Shown here: in pieces, positions 1 through 13,653 of the stretch
How positions within the stretch are numbered: position 1 is the stretch's first letter
Layout of the letters: each line of letters opens with the position of its first letter
Source: Chiloscyllium plagiosum
Taxonomy: Eukaryota
Length of the DNA stretch: 64,000 bases
NCBI RefSeq assembly: GCF_004010195.1
Contig: NC_057754.1
Coordinates: forward strand, 8,465,023 to 8,529,022
Direction: 5' to 3'
Notes under the pieces: model-generated
Told to the model about the DNA's origin: nothing
The model's input: only the letters and a program-made list of their open reading frames with translations
The model's database searches: none
Translations under genes and position numbers: made by a program

Positions 1-214
1 TCAGGTATGATTCCATGAGTATGACTATGTCAGGCTGTTGCTTGACTAGTCTGTGAGACAGCTCTCCCAATTTTGGCACTAGGCCCCCAGATGTTAGTAA
101 GGGGATTTTGCAGGGTTGACAGGGATGTTTCTGCCATTGTCTTTTCTGGTGCCAGGTGGTCTGGTTGGTTTCATTTTTTTTGAGACTTTGTCGTGATTGG
201 TACAACTGCAAGGC

Positions 215-490
215 CAATTCAGAGGGAAATTGAGTCAACCACGTTGCTGCAGATCTGGAGTCACATGTAGGCCAGACTAGGTTCAGGAAAGCAGATATCC
301 TTTCCTGAAGCACATTAGTGAATTAGGGTTTATCTGATACTTGATAATGATTTAATTATCATAAGTAGATTCTTAATTCAAGATTCTTTTTGATTGAATT
401 TTAATTCCACAATCTGCCACGGTGGGATTTGAACCCAGTCCCCAGAGCCGAGTTTCTGAATTAACAGCCTAATGATAATATCTTCCCATC
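215..490 (-). mobile_element. tRNA-derived SINE, family B (partial)
   Basis: Reverse complement matches the full copy at 45813-46147 (B-box-like gggttcaaatccc; ggcctacatgtgactccaga core). Confidence 0.75.
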
Positions 491-499
491 TAGGGTCAC

Positions 500-1260
500 T
501 GTTTTATCTAGAGGACTGGGGTACAAGGATGTAGGAGTTATGCTGCAGTTGTATAAAACTCTGGTTAGACCTCCCTTGGAGTATTGTGAGCAGATATTGT
601 TAGAAAGGATACAAAACAGAGAACTGCAGATACTGGAAATATGAAAAACAGGAATTGCTGGAGAAAAGCAACAGATTTTTTGATTTGAATAAAGATCACT
701 GGACCTGAAATGTTAACTCTGCTTTCTCTCCACAAAGTCTGCCATACCTGCTGAGTTTGTCCAGCAATTTCTGGTTTTGTTTAGGAAGGCTATATTTGCC
801 TTGGAGGGAATAGAACATAGTTTACAAGAATGATAACTGGACTTCAGGGTTTAACTTATGAGGAGAGAGTACACAGATTGGACATGTTTTGTTTCCAGAA
901 TTTGGATGGTTAAAGGGTAGCCTAAGATATTAACATGAAAAGACAGATAAACTATTTCTACTAGTCAGGGATTCGAGTACTGGGGGGGGTCATAGGCTGA
1001 GAATGAGAGTCAGACTGTTCAAGACAGATGTTAGGATGCACTTCTATGTGCAGTATAAAGGATGATCAATGTTTGGAATACTCTTCTACAAATGGCAGTT
1101 GATGCCACTTTGGTTACATTTACATTTGAGATAGATTTTTGTTAAGCAAAGGTATGAAGGGATATGGGCCAAAGGTCACAAATGGAGTTGGCCAGGGTTC
1201 ATCCATGATGTCACTGAATGGCGCAACAGGCTCCAGTGGCTGAATGTCCTACGCCTGTTG
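500..1260 (+). mobile_element. CR1 LINE 3' fragment, interrupted by a Penelope-derived repeat at ~612-782
   Basis: Degenerate 'MLQLYKTLVRPPLEYC...FTRMI' RT C-terminal coding followed by a CR1 3' UTR. Confidence 0.8.
612..782. mobile_element. Old Penelope-derived pLTR fold-back (family 4) with degenerate hammerhead
   Basis: Imperfect inverted arms (ggaattgctggag / ccagcaatttc) around agatcactggacctgaaatgtta. Similar copies lie at ~6330, 17375, 27500 and 38750. Confidence 0.55.
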
Positions 1261-1338
1261 CAATGAAAGTGTGAGGAACAGTGTTTGTACTGAAAAAAAA
1301 ATAAGGCAAGGGAATACACTATAAATAACAGGAAACTA

Positions 1339-1660
1339 AGATTAGATTAGATTACATTACATGATTAGATTAGATTACTTACAGTGTGGAAACAAGCCCT
1401 TCGGCCCAACAAGTCCACACTGACCCGCCGAAGCACAACCCACCCAGACCCATTCCCCTACATTTACCCCTTCACCTAACACTACGGGCAATTTAGCATG
1501 GCCAACTCACCTAACCTGCACACTTTTGGATTGTGGGAGGAAACAGGAGCACCCGGAGGAAACCCACGCAGACATGGGGAGAATGTGCAAACTCCACACA
1601 GAGAGTCGCCTGAGGCGGGAATTGAACCCATATCTCTGGCGCTGAGAGGCAGCAGTGCCA
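1339..1660 (-). mobile_element. V-SINE (HE1-like)
   Basis: Reverse-complement V-domain (tggagtttgcacattctcccc...gggtttcctccgggtgctcc), tRNA-like head, (TAATC)n tail. Confidence 0.9.
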
Positions 1661-1729
1661 CAGAGAAACTTTGAAGAGTTCATCTCAGGATGCCTGATAG
1701 ATAAGCTGTAAGGGGCCATATGAAGAAAT

Positions 1730-3030
1730 TTTAGAACAAAGAACAATCCAGCCCAGGAAGAGATCCTTCAGCCCTCCAAGCCTGTGGTGATATAATCTGC
1801 CAAAACTAACTTCACTTACAGGGTCCGTATCTCTTTATTCCCTTCCTATTCATGTATTCATCCAGGTGCTTCTTGAATGCAGCTATTGTGTGTGCTTCCA
1901 ACACCTCCACTGGCTGCGCCTTCCAGCCACTCACCACCCTTTGTGTGAAAAACATGCCTCACACATCTCTTTTAAACATCACCTCCTGCACCTTGAACAC
2001 GTGTCCCCTTACAATGTACCTCTTCCCCCTGGGAAAAAGCCTCATACTTCCCACTCTCTTAAACTTCATTTGCAATCTTATAAACTTCTATCTGTAGCTC
2101 AACCTCGTGCATTTCAGTGGAAACAAACCCAATCTATCCAACCTTTCTTCATAGCTAAAATCCCCCATACTAGACAGCATCCTCGTAAACCTTTTCTGTA
2201 CCCTCTCAAAAGCATCCACATCCTTCTGGTAGTGTGGTGACCAGAACTGGACGCAATATTCCAAATGTGGCTTAACTGAAGTTCATAAAGTTGGAGCATA
2301 ACTTCCCTATCGTTATACTCAATGCCCCTCCAAATGAAGGCAAGCATGCCATAGGCCATTTTTTATTATCTTACGTACCCGTGCTATCACCTTCAGTGAT
2401 CTGTGGACCTATACACCCAGATGCCTCTGCATATCAATATCTCCAAGGGTTCTGCCATTCACTGTATAATTTCCACCTGTACTTGACCTTCCAAAATACA
2501 TGACTTGTATGGATTAAACCCCATCTGCCATTTTATTGCCCATATCGCTGACTGACCTATGTCCTGCTGCATCCCCTGACAATCGTCCTATCTGCAACTC
2601 CACCAATCTTTGTGTTGTCCACAAACTTACTAATTAGACTGGCCACTTTTTTCTCGAAATTATTTATGTCGACCACAAACAGCAGAGGTCCCAGCATGGG
2701 TCTCTGTGGAACTCCACCAGTCACAATCCTCCATTCTGCAAAATATCCTTCCACCGCTACCGTCTGTCCTCTATGACTCAGCCAGTTCTGTGTCCATCTT
2801 GCCAGCTCACCCATTACCATGTGATTTCACCTTTTGAGGGACCTCGTCAAAGGCTTTACTGAAGCCCATAAGGACATTAATCACTTTTCCCTCATCAGTC
2901 ATCTTCATCACCTCCTCAAATAACTCAATCAAGTGAATGAAGCACAACCACCCCACACAAAACCTTGCCATTTATCACTCATCAGTCCATTTGCTTCGAA
3001 ATGTGTATCAAATTTGTTTTAAATTGTTCT
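1730..3030 (-). mobile_element. CR1 LINE RT fragment
   Basis: ORFs 2557-2820 (GVPQRPMLGPLLF, SKFVDNTKIGG) and 2114-2359 (MLQLY), followed by a 3' UTR. Confidence 0.9.
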
Positions 3031-3079
3031 GAGAGTGTGATTGATGCTGGCACCTGCCATAACTATCCTTGTCCTTTAT

Positions 3080-3745
3080 CAGCTGAGGTTTCAAACAGCA
3101 GGGAGAATCTGCTCAAAGTGTACAAAATACTTGTTAGGCTACAGCTGGAGAATAGCATCTGGTTCCAGTTACCATAGCAAGAATGCTCCAGAAAGAGTAT
3201 GGATGGGATTTATTAGAATTGCTGACAGACTCAGAATTTTAGCTGATGCTGTTTACATTGAAACATATTGAGAGGAGATTCAATTAAGGTGGACAAAATC
3301 ATTAGGAGATTGGAGAATTCCTCCCCATCCATTCCTACCTGAGCAGCGAGGTCAATAACAGGTATGTTTAGATGAGAGTTGAGAAATGCTTTCGTTTGGA
3401 GGACAACGGGGATTTGGAACTTGTGCCTGAAAGGATAGGTGAGGCAGAAACTCTCCTAACATTTGAAACTTCCTGGAGTTATTCTTGATCTCCTGGATTA
3501 CAAATCAGGAGTTGAGAAGTGGGAATAGACTGGAAAAGGGCATGGGGGCATCATTTCTGTGCTGTAAATGTCCTGTTTCCATCACTGAAGATATTGAAAA
3601 GTGCGGTACGGTTTTGGTCCCTCAGGGAACTGAGGGATAGGGGGAACAGGCAGGAAGCAGAAGTTGAGGATGCAGATCAGCAATGATCATGTGGAATGGT
3701 AGAACAAGCTCAAGAGATTGCACAGTTTACTCCCGCTTTTCTCTT
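3080..3745 (+). mobile_element. Degenerate CR1 3' fragments
   Basis: LLKVYKILVRLQLE-like coding and CR1-type 3' UTR. Confidence 0.65.
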
Positions 3746-3886
3746 GCGTTCGACAACACATCATCTGCTTTCAGCAAAACTGATTTATTTGATAGATACA
3801 CAGAACATTAAATCTAGCCCAGTCACAGGAATTCTGAACAACAACAGATACAGGATGTGATCCACAGCAGAATCCAATCCTGACAG

Positions 3887-4513
3887 TCACTTGTGAACGT
3901 GCTGGTGTGTTAGCAAGTGAGCTGATCGAGCGAATCTCTTCCCACACTTGGAGCAGGTGAACGGCCTCTCCCCAGTGTGAACACGTTGGTGTCTCAGCAG
4001 ATTGGATGACTGAGAAAATCCCTTCCCACACACAGAACAGGTGAATATCCTCTCCCCTGTATGAACCCGTTGGTGTGTCACCAGGTTGGATGAAGAAGTG
4101 AATCCCTTCCCACACATGGAGCAGATGTACGGCCTCTCCCCAGTGTGAACTCGCTGGTGTTGAATGAGGTGAGAGGATTGTCTGAATCTCTTCTCACAGC
4201 GAGAGCAAGCAAATGGCCGCTCATCAGTGTGAACCAACTGGTGTTTAATTAAGTCTGGGGAGATTTTAAAGCAATTCCCACACACAGAGCACTTAAAAGG
4301 CCTCTCATCAGTGTGAACCCGGAGGTGTAATTGAAGGCTGGATGATAGAGTGAAGCCCTTCCCACAGTCGGAGCAAGTGAACGGTCTCTCGCCCGTGTGA
4401 CTCCGTCGATGAGCTTCCAGCTGCGATGGGGAACTGAATCCTTTCCCACAGTCCCCACATTTCCACGGTTTCTTTGTGATGCGGGTGTCCTTGTGTCTCT
4501 CCAGGTTGGACGA
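3887..4513 (-). CDS. C2H2 zinc-finger gene A, 7 intact fingers; start codon unresolved (possible young pseudogene)
   Basis: Open frame 4513->3887: [44 protein letters not shown]...HQHVHK*, with 7 CxxC-12-HxxxH units and TGE(R/K)P linkers. An in-frame TGA lies at 4516-4514. Probable acceptor tttatag|G with the exon starting at 4741. Confidence 0.8.
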   Translation of the reverse strand, partial: SSNLERHKDTRITKKPWKCGDCGKGFSSPSQLEAHRRSHTGERPFTCSDCGKGFTLSSSLQLHLRVHTDERPFKCSVCGNCFKISPDLIKHQLVHTDERPFACSRCEKRFRQSSHLIQHQRVHTGERPYICSMCGKGFTSSSNLVTHQRVHTGERIFTCSVCGKGFSQSSNLLRHQRVHTGERPFTCSKCGKRFARSAHLLTHQHVHK

Positions 4514-4914
4514 TCAGTTGAAAATCACACAGAATAAGCGCAGATGCTTCCCACTGCGAATGGTGTGCATGGTGTCTTTCCAGTCACACTGGCGTTTGAA
4601 ATCTTTTCCCAGAGATGGAACAAACATTTCTTCCACATTCTTAGGCTGATGATATTCAGACTCTGATGAATCCAGTAACCGTGATATTGATGTGATGTTT
4701 GCTTTGATTTTCCAGTCTACAAATCATTTCCTTCTAATCTCCTATAAACAGAGACGTCAGTATCACTATCAGTCCAGGTCAGCAATTCAGATTAGACCAT
4801 TCAACTTTCGATGGAACATTAGTCCCACTCATTTCCCTGAATATGCAGTCAAATCAAACTAAAAGAATCCAAAATCAGCAAGAAAGCAAACTGAACAAGA
4901 GACAATAAAAGGGA

Positions 4915-5160
4915 ATCATAAGCTATAAAAGCAGAAATAGCATATTTGGTCCCTTGAGTCTGCTGCACCACTCAATGAGCTCATGGCTGATTTGAAAGTC
5001 CTCAACTTTACTGCCATATGCCCATAACCTTAAATTCTCTTTCTGATTAAAAATCGGTCTAGATCAACCTTTAATAATGACCCAGACTCAACAGCTTTTA
5101 AAGAATGCGTGGTAAAGAATTTCACAGATTCACTACTCTCTGAGAGAAGACATTTCTGCC
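4915..5160 (-). mobile_element. CR1 3' end fragment
   Basis: Reverse-complement NSLP..AVE-like coding and CR1 3' UTR. Confidence 0.7.
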
Positions 5161-5374
5161 CACCTTTGAATGTTCCCAATGAAACCAGAATGTCATTTCC
5201 AGTTAGCACAAGGCAGTGGGTATATAGGAACACCATAATTTGAAAGTTCCCATCCAAGCCACACACCAGCCAGACTTGGCAATCTAACCTTACCCCATGC
5301 CGCAAAATACTGGAACTGCCTCCAACACAGCAGGGAAAGTCGTGACCCTGTGGTAATTGTAATTATTTTTTAAA

Positions 5375-5700
5375 AATTCATTCACATGATGAGGGTATCA
5401 TTGGCTAAGCCGGCTTTTATTGTTTATCCCTTAACTGCCCTAAAGACAGTAGAGTTGACCACATTGTTGTGGGCCTGGAGTCATATGTAGGCCAGACCAA
5501 GTAAAGATGGCTCTTTCCTTCTCCAAAAGGACTTTAGTGAACCAGATGGGCTTTTCCTGACAATCGATACACGGTCATTATTAGACTCTTATTCTTTCTT
5601 AACTGAATGGAAATTCCATTATCTGCTGTGGCAGGATTTGAATGTGAGTGCCCAGGACATTCCTGGGTCTCTGGTTTAATAGTCCAGCAATAATATCACC
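5375..5700 (-). mobile_element. tRNA-derived SINE, family B
   Basis: Matches the reverse complement of 45813-46147. Confidence 0.8.
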
Positions 5701-5704
5701 GTCC

Positions 5705-5992
5705 TAATTAACAATCCAGAGTCCCAGGTTGATGGTCGAGGTGTGATGGGTTTGAATTCCCCACAGCAAATGTGAGAATTTGAATTCAGTAAAAAAATCT
5801 TGAATTACGAGGTAGCCTAAGGGCACCAATCTGGTTCGCTTAGGGAAACCTGTTATCCTTACACTGCCTGTGGCCTACGTGTGATTCCAAACCCACTGCA
5901 ATGTGGATGACTCTTAGCTGCACTTTAAAGCAGCCATAGCAAGCTACTCAATGGCAATAACTGCTGGCCCACATGTCATGAATGGAAAACAA
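5705..5992 (+). mobile_element. tRNA-derived SINE, family B (degenerate)
   Basis: B-box-like gggtttgaattcc, ggcctacgtgtgattcca core, cccacatgtcatgaatg tail. Confidence 0.7.
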
Positions 5993-6669
5993 AAAGTGGG
6001 TGCTGCAATAGTTCAATGAAGCATTTAACCACCACCATTCTGAGGAGCAATAAATTCTGGTCCAGCCAGCAACTTTTGCATTCCTGAAAAAAAACTCTGC
6101 AGCCAGAGAAAGCCAGCTATGTGGAATATATCAGTTGCTTCCTCCCCATGACCACCCTGACACGGAAGAGAAGCTGGTAGACTCTTATGGAGAGATTCAG
6201 GCAAGATTTTGCCAATGGAAATAACCAAACCAGCTAGAATCTTACTGAATAGCAGAAATAGCTCACAGCTAAATGGCCCAAACCTGTTGCTTTCTTTTCC
6301 CTGTTGCTTTTTTTTCCCTGTCACTCACTTCAGAAGAAGAGTCACATTGGACTTGAAACATTCACTCTGTTTCTCATGTTGATGAGACCAGAACGACTGA
6401 GTTTCGCCAGCACTTTTTCTTTTTATTACTTCTGCTCTTGCATACAGCCCCCAATCCCAATATGCCCTGTTCATCCTGGTTCTATAACTTGTTCTTTCAA
6501 AAGACCAGGAGAAGATTCCCTGATTCCCCCTCCCCCTCCACACTGTTCAAAAGGGGCCTGGTAGTAAAATGCAACACAAAGTGATAGAGCAGCCCACTCA
6601 AGTAACCATACTGTGCCTACAACCTCTCATACTGAATACATAGATGGTTCATAGACTTCTCTTGAATTC

Positions 6670-7130
6670 AAACACGACCAGCGACTGGGCGTGAGTGAAG
6701 CTATTCAAAAACTCGTTTCCCTGGAATCCCCAGAACCTCCCCAGAGCACTAGGACCCAGTTAAAAAACAGAGTTCTGATGCCCCGCCACAACAGCATGGG
6801 GGGGGGGAGTGCGCATGCGCTCCACGCTGATACAAGATGGCGGCCGCTATAAGAGGAGTGTTACTGGGGTAAAAGCTCGGGAGCTGAAAACGTCGGACCT
6901 GCGAGGCGATATCCGTGGCCTGTGGCTTATATCAAATGTTTATAAACATTTTGGTTCACCCGTCGTCCTCCATCACTCCGCCCGCATTACCGCCTCTTTA
7001 CCGGCTGCAGAGGTGACAAAGGAACTGCTGCCGCTTGGCATCATTCCTATTGCGCATGCTCCTGTGTCGGAGTCTACGCATGCGCGTTGCTGCTATACTG
7101 CAGTGAATGGTGCGACAGGTTAGACCAGGA
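6670..7130. promoter_or_regulatory. CpG-island promoter, probably bidirectional for ZNF genes A and B
   Basis: CpG-rich. NRF1-type (G)CGCATGCGC at ~6811 and ~7077, a variant at ~7050, and YY1-type AAGATGGCGGC at ~6834. It lies between the divergent ZNF exons. Confidence 0.75.
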
Positions 7131-8600
7131 GACGTAACAGGAGAAGTAGGCTCTTCAGCCCATCGAGTCTGATCTGCTATTCAGTGAGGTCAAAACTGAT
7201 CTGGTCATTCTTAGCTCCACTTACTTGTCTGTTCCTCGTAACTCTTGGATTCCCTTTCTAATTAAAAATCAGCTTTGATTATACTTAACGATCCAGCCTC
7301 AACAGCCCTCTTCTGTTAAAGAATTCCATATTCACTACCTTCAGAAAAAGATCCTCCTTAGCTCGGTTTTAAATGGACCATCCCTGCTTTCAGATTATTG
7401 CCTGGTTCTAGACTCTCCCACAATTGGAAATCTCCTTTGCATATCTACCTGTCAAGTCCCTGGAGAATCTTGAATCTTTCAATAAGGTTGCTTTTCGTTC
7501 TAAGTTCAAACGAGTGTAGCCTACTCAACCTCTCCTCATAAAATAGTCCCTTTATAACTGGTAAACCTTCTCTGGCCTGCCTGCAATGTCGGTATATCTT
7601 TCCTTAGATGAGCAGCTCAAAACTGTTCACAGTATTCTATCCCTGGTGTGAGTAGTGCAAAAGTTTTTTTTAGCAGAACTTCTGTACTTTTTTTCACTCC
7701 TGTCCCTTTAAAATTAAAGCCAACATTCCATATGCCTTCCCTATTACCCACTGAAATTGGATGTTAGCTTTTTGTGATTTTTGGATGAGGATTCCCAAAT
7801 TCTCACTATTCTGTTGCTTTCTGCATCTTTCTCCATTTTAAATAATATTCAGCTCCTCTGTTCTTCCTAAGTCCAAAGCCTCTCATTTTCCTACATAATG
7901 TTCTAACCTGTCTATATCCCTCTGCAGACTCTGTGCCATCCTCACCACTTGTCTTCCCACCAATTTTTGAGTCATCTGTAAACTTGGCTCTAGTAATTTA
8001 CTTTTCTCATCCAAATCATTAATATATATTCGAAATGATTGTATCACAGCACTGATCCACTTGGTTACCATCCTGAAAATGCCATCTTATCTGTATTCAA
8101 TTAGTTAGTCAATTCTCTATCCATACTACCTCAAGCATGATGGGCTCTTACCTTATTAAGTAGACTAACATGTGGTACTTTATCAACACCTTCTGAAAAT
8201 CCAAATACACTGCTTCACCTTTATCCTGCTTGTAATCTCCTCAAATAATTCCAGTAAATTTATCAAGCATGTTTCCCTTTCATGAAGTTTGAACACATAA
8301 TGTATTTCTAAATGCTCTACAATGACATCCTTTTATAATGGGCTCCCGACATTATACCAATAACAAACATTAAGCTAATTATTTATCTGTATCTCCATTT
8401 TAAATAAAAGAGTGATGTTGATAGTTTTCCAATCTTTTGGGACCTTTCCAACATCTAAGGATTCTTGGAAGATTACTACCAGTGAATCCACTATCTGTGT
8501 AACTAATTCCTTTCATATTCGAGGATGCATCCCATCAGGTCCAGTGGACATACATCTTTAACATTTGTCCCAGCACTTTTTCACTAGTGATAGTTTTGCT
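7130..8600 (-). mobile_element. Old CR1 LINE fragment
   Basis: Reverse-complement RT motifs (YINDLD, LQRDIDRL) with the 3' UTR at the left end. Confidence 0.8.
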
Positions 8601-8859
8601 GCTAATGAAAATCATAATGAATAGTGATTGCTTTTGCCATATGTAGCTATTGGATTGAAATCCATAAAATTAGGAACAAAAAATGCAAGTGCACGGACTC
8701 TCTAAACCAGTGAACAGGAATTGCTTCATACATGGTCTACATATAATTTATGACCCCCAGCTGACTCTTAATGGCCCTCTTGGCAAGTAGAGATCGGCAA
8801 GGAATGTTAGCCAAACCAGTAAGGCCCACATTCACGTGAATGAATAAGGGAAGAAAAGA

Positions 8860-9075
8860 GGTCTCATACCCTATGACTTGGAACTATATTGCCTTCACTA
8901 TCATTCCCTCACCGTTGTCAGGTCAGACTCCTTTACTAACACCACTCTGAATGTACCTACACAGTACACAGTGCAGTGGTTCAAGGAAGCAAATCCCCAA
9001 TAACTTCAGGAAGGTAATTAGGGATGGGCAATGAATTCTGATCATACCAATGAAGCCTGCATTTGAAGAGAAAGT
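8860..9075 (+). mobile_element. LINE 3' end sharing its tail with SINE family B
   Basis: gcagtggttcaaggaagc...attagggatgggcaat tail. A similar copy lies at 35790-35930. Confidence 0.55.
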
Positions 9076-9575
9076 GAAAACAAATGTTGCTAATCTCCCA
9101 TTGCCCCTGGAAAAGGTGATGTTCATAGAATTGTTGCAGTATGTGTGGTGAAACTCTTTGAACAATGTCCTGACGTAAGGTGTTACAGGACTTGCACACA
9201 TAAAGATGAATTGCTAACAATATGTATTCAAGCCAGTGTAGTTTGGACTTGAAGAATTTGGGAATACTATTATCTCCAAGCAGCTTTGACAAGTTCTGTT
9301 TAAGTTATTGTCATGTTGCCGATGTGAAGTTTGTCTAATCTACTGCATTACATTTGAACCTCTATTGCCTCGCATTCTTGTTTTCGAACCAGACTGAGAG
9401 GCAGTTTCCCTTTGTTGCTAGATAGTAGTGGCGCACTTGGGCTTTATAGCAATCTGACAGTTTTCATGCCTTTCTTTTTCCTAATATTGGATCCACGGAT
9501 TCATTCAATCAATTTCACAATCAATCCTTTGTGTTTTTCATGCTGTGTTTATCCTGTTTTTAATTCATTTTGCAG

Positions 9576-10517
<942 letters not shown>

Positions 10518-11697
10518 CTGCAAGGAGTGCATTCTTTTGTAAGTTGTTGTTAATCATATTCAGGACTAATGTCATTCATTCTGACAACTGGGGTTTGTTT
10601 CTGGTGATGTTACTAATAATACAATAGCTAGAGTAAGCATTGATACTCAGTTCTGCTGCAGTGTCTTGATTTCTGCAATGATAAGAGGAGACTGATAGAT
10701 GTCCCTTGTCAACTGTGCCATTTTTTGAGACTTTCTCACTCAAATTTATTTCCATTTTTGTCTAGTTCTCCTCCCATATTAAACTCCAGGCTTTCATCCA
10801 TCTTGTAAAAACCTGCTGAAGGTTTTACTGGTTACTGCTATCTCCCTCGTGTTCTCTGTTGTCAGTTGGAAGATTTCCAATTATCTCAATTCCATTCTGG
10901 TTCTAGTGTTGTCGTGACAACTGAAGTTTCTACTCCAACACTCTAATCGAGGGCCTGTGTTGACTTTTAGGGAATTTGTCACAAATGAGGACTAGAAGTG
11001 AGGACTGAATTTTGTTTGTTGTTATTAAAGAAAAAACATAGTCTGTAATTTTCTCACTGCCCTCTTGACAAGTGCAATGCATCTCAGCCCTTGACATCAG
11101 AAAGGAGAATTTACTAGTACCCACTGTACAATTGTCTCTTCATTATGGTCACCATCTACACAGCCCTACATTGTCTGCTAGATCTCAAAGACTTTGAGAC
11201 AGAAAGGTGTGTTGGTCGTGTCACCATATGAGGTTGGAGCGTAAGTCAGGTCATCCTCTGAATTGGGAGCACTGGGCCAGGTTACTGTATGAGGGGGCAA
11301 TGGTGGGTCTGGTTATTATGGGGAAGTAGATGTGACTTTTGTCACCATGTCGAAAGAGTGATGAGTATTGTGTGAGTAGTTATTAGCTATTAGAAACTAT
11401 TAACTCTCCTACATTTGTTACTGTAGTGAAAACTCCACCAACACTGGTCTGTTTGAGTTTCCAGCACATTGTGTACTTGAACTTGTATACATTATCCTCT
11501 AACATGCCTGTGATATCCAATAGTCTTACTAACAGCAAGGAGATTGCACGATCACAGAAATCAGTGTTTCTTTTTGTTTTCAGGAATGACATTAACACAA
11601 ATCTTCCTGCCTAACACTGATCTATTTCCCCATCTGTACTCCCAATATCAATGTGATTTATAATATGTAATTAATATATTAATTACATTATAGAGTC

Positions 11698-11937
11698 AGA
11701 TGGGAGTTTGCACATTCTCCCCCGTGTCTGCGTGGGTTTCCTCCGGGTGCTCCGGTTTCCTCCACAGCACACAAAGATGTGCGGGTCAGGTGAATTGGCC
11801 ATAATTGCCCGTAGTGTTAGGTTAAAGGGGTAAATGTAGGGGTATGGGTGGATTGCGCTTCGGCGGGTCGGTGTGGACTTGTTGGGCCGAAGGGCCTGTT
11901 TCCACACTGTGAGTAATCTAATCTAATCTAAAAAAAA
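11698..11937 (+). mobile_element. V-SINE, 5'-truncated
   Basis: V-domain plus taatctaatcta tail. Confidence 0.9.
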
Positions 11938-12324
11938 ACTGCACATACCATAAGAAATTATTCGGGGATCAGTTGTTCCTATATAATCTCTGCTGAATAG
12001 TGACAATATTACCCCTCTTCCTAACCTACCCTTATCCTTCTCTGAGGGCCGAACGACCTCTTCTGTGCTGTATGACTATGATTCTACCAGACAATGGACT
12101 CTCTTTGTTAAAAGGAGGGCGTTCTCCCTTTGCTCAGTTAGTCCTTTACTCAATTAAAATCAGCCCTTCAATTGATTGTGCATTGTTTCATCATGCCTGC
12201 CCCATTTCGGTAACAAGTGAAGTATTTGCTGCACTCCCACAAGGTTCTATCTGTTTAAAGCCACAAACAGAAGGCTCCACTTTTTTCCTGAAGTTTCACA
12301 CCGATCAGCTTTGCAAATGAGACA

Positions 12325-12670
12325 GACTTTCGGCCAATGAGGGAGATGCAGGTTAGCTCCGCCCATTTATTCTCACCGATTGGTTGGATGATGACGCGCT
12401 TTCGCCCTTAGTCCCGCCTTCTCATCCTATTGGTCCGAAGCGGCCGTCAATTGCCTGGGCGCCATTTTGTGTTGAAATGTGACGGTGCAGTTGACTGCAG
12501 GTGGAAGGTGCTCGGATTACCCGGGGGAAGGGAATGGTGCCAGCAGGTGGATTGGGAGGATTCACAAAGGGGCAAAGAAGACCAAATAGGAAGATGTTGG
12601 CTCGGTATTTGAAGTGGTAGCAGCTGCTTAGCAGATAGAGCACTAACGTCTGGCCGCCATATTGAGAGGT
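12325..12670. promoter_or_regulatory. CpG-rich promoter-like island
   Basis: CCAAT/ATTGG at ~12333, 12378 and 12428; GC boxes (ccgccc, cccgcc); TGACGC; YY1-like CGCCATTTT at ~12459 and CCGCCAT at ~12654. Confidence 0.65.
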
Positions 12671-13479
12671 AGCCCAAGGTGACATGGCACTTGCTGGGCT
12701 CAGGGAAATCCGCACAATGCCCTGGCCCTGAGCCCTTCCTACTCCATTCAGTATGATCACCACTGATCCTCTCCCTCAACACTACGTTCACACTTTCTTT
12801 CCATATCTTTTTTATGCGTTTAATAGCTTTAAAAAAAAGTGTCAGTCTCTTTCTTGAATATACTTATTGACCCGGCCTCCACGGCATTCTGTGGTAGAAA
12901 ATTCTACAAGTTCACCATCACCTGAGTGAAGAAGTTCCTAAATTTGGATCATGACCCTTGTATCCAGACTCTTCAACCTGGGAATAAAAGTCCAAAATCG
13001 CTGGGGAAACTCAGCAGGTTGAGTTGAGAGAAAGCAGTGTTAATGTTCTGGCGCCAAGGACTCTTCAAGGAAAACATTCTCTCTGCATCCAGCTCTGTCA
13101 AATCAATTAGATTCCCTCTTATTCTTCTAATATAAAGAGAATTCAGGCCCACTTGGATCAATATCTTCCTACAACAGTCTTGCTATCTCAGGTATCAATC
13201 TAAAGAAGCTTTGCTGTATGGCAAGTACATCTTAAGGATATGAATTTTATTGGACCTAAACAGTTGCCTGTTTCACTGCAGTAAAATATCTTTACATTTG
13301 AACTCACTGATCTGGTGCTGCTATCAATCACTTTGGCCATTGATTGTAGTATATCATGATTTGAAGCTTCCTTGCTCTTATACTTTATACCCTCATTAAT
13401 AAAGCCAAATATGTTTGTTTTTTTTAACTGCTGTCTTCCCTTAGCAAGATTTGTCTGCTTTGGCACATCTTTTGGAGTA

Positions 13480-13653
13480 CGGAGGGACCTCAATTATTCG
13501 AAGGACACAGGAGGAGATTATTTTATTTGGTTAATCCAATTTCGGTTAATCGAATGCTAGATAACATAGTTTTGTCAAGCATCAGAACCTTGCGATCTTG
13601 CTGAATAGTCCAATATTTAGATAATCGAATGCTGGATAATGGAGGTTCCTCTT
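13480..13653. mobile_element. pogo/Tigger-like MITE
   Basis: Imperfect TIRs cggagggacctcaattattc / ggataatggaggttcctctt flanked by TA. Confidence 0.65.

Noticed and set aside
4514..4516. In-frame TGA as selenocysteine or programmed readthrough
   Set aside because: It aligns with an Arg (CGA) position rather than Cys, lacks the UGA-CUA context, and no SECIS was recognised.
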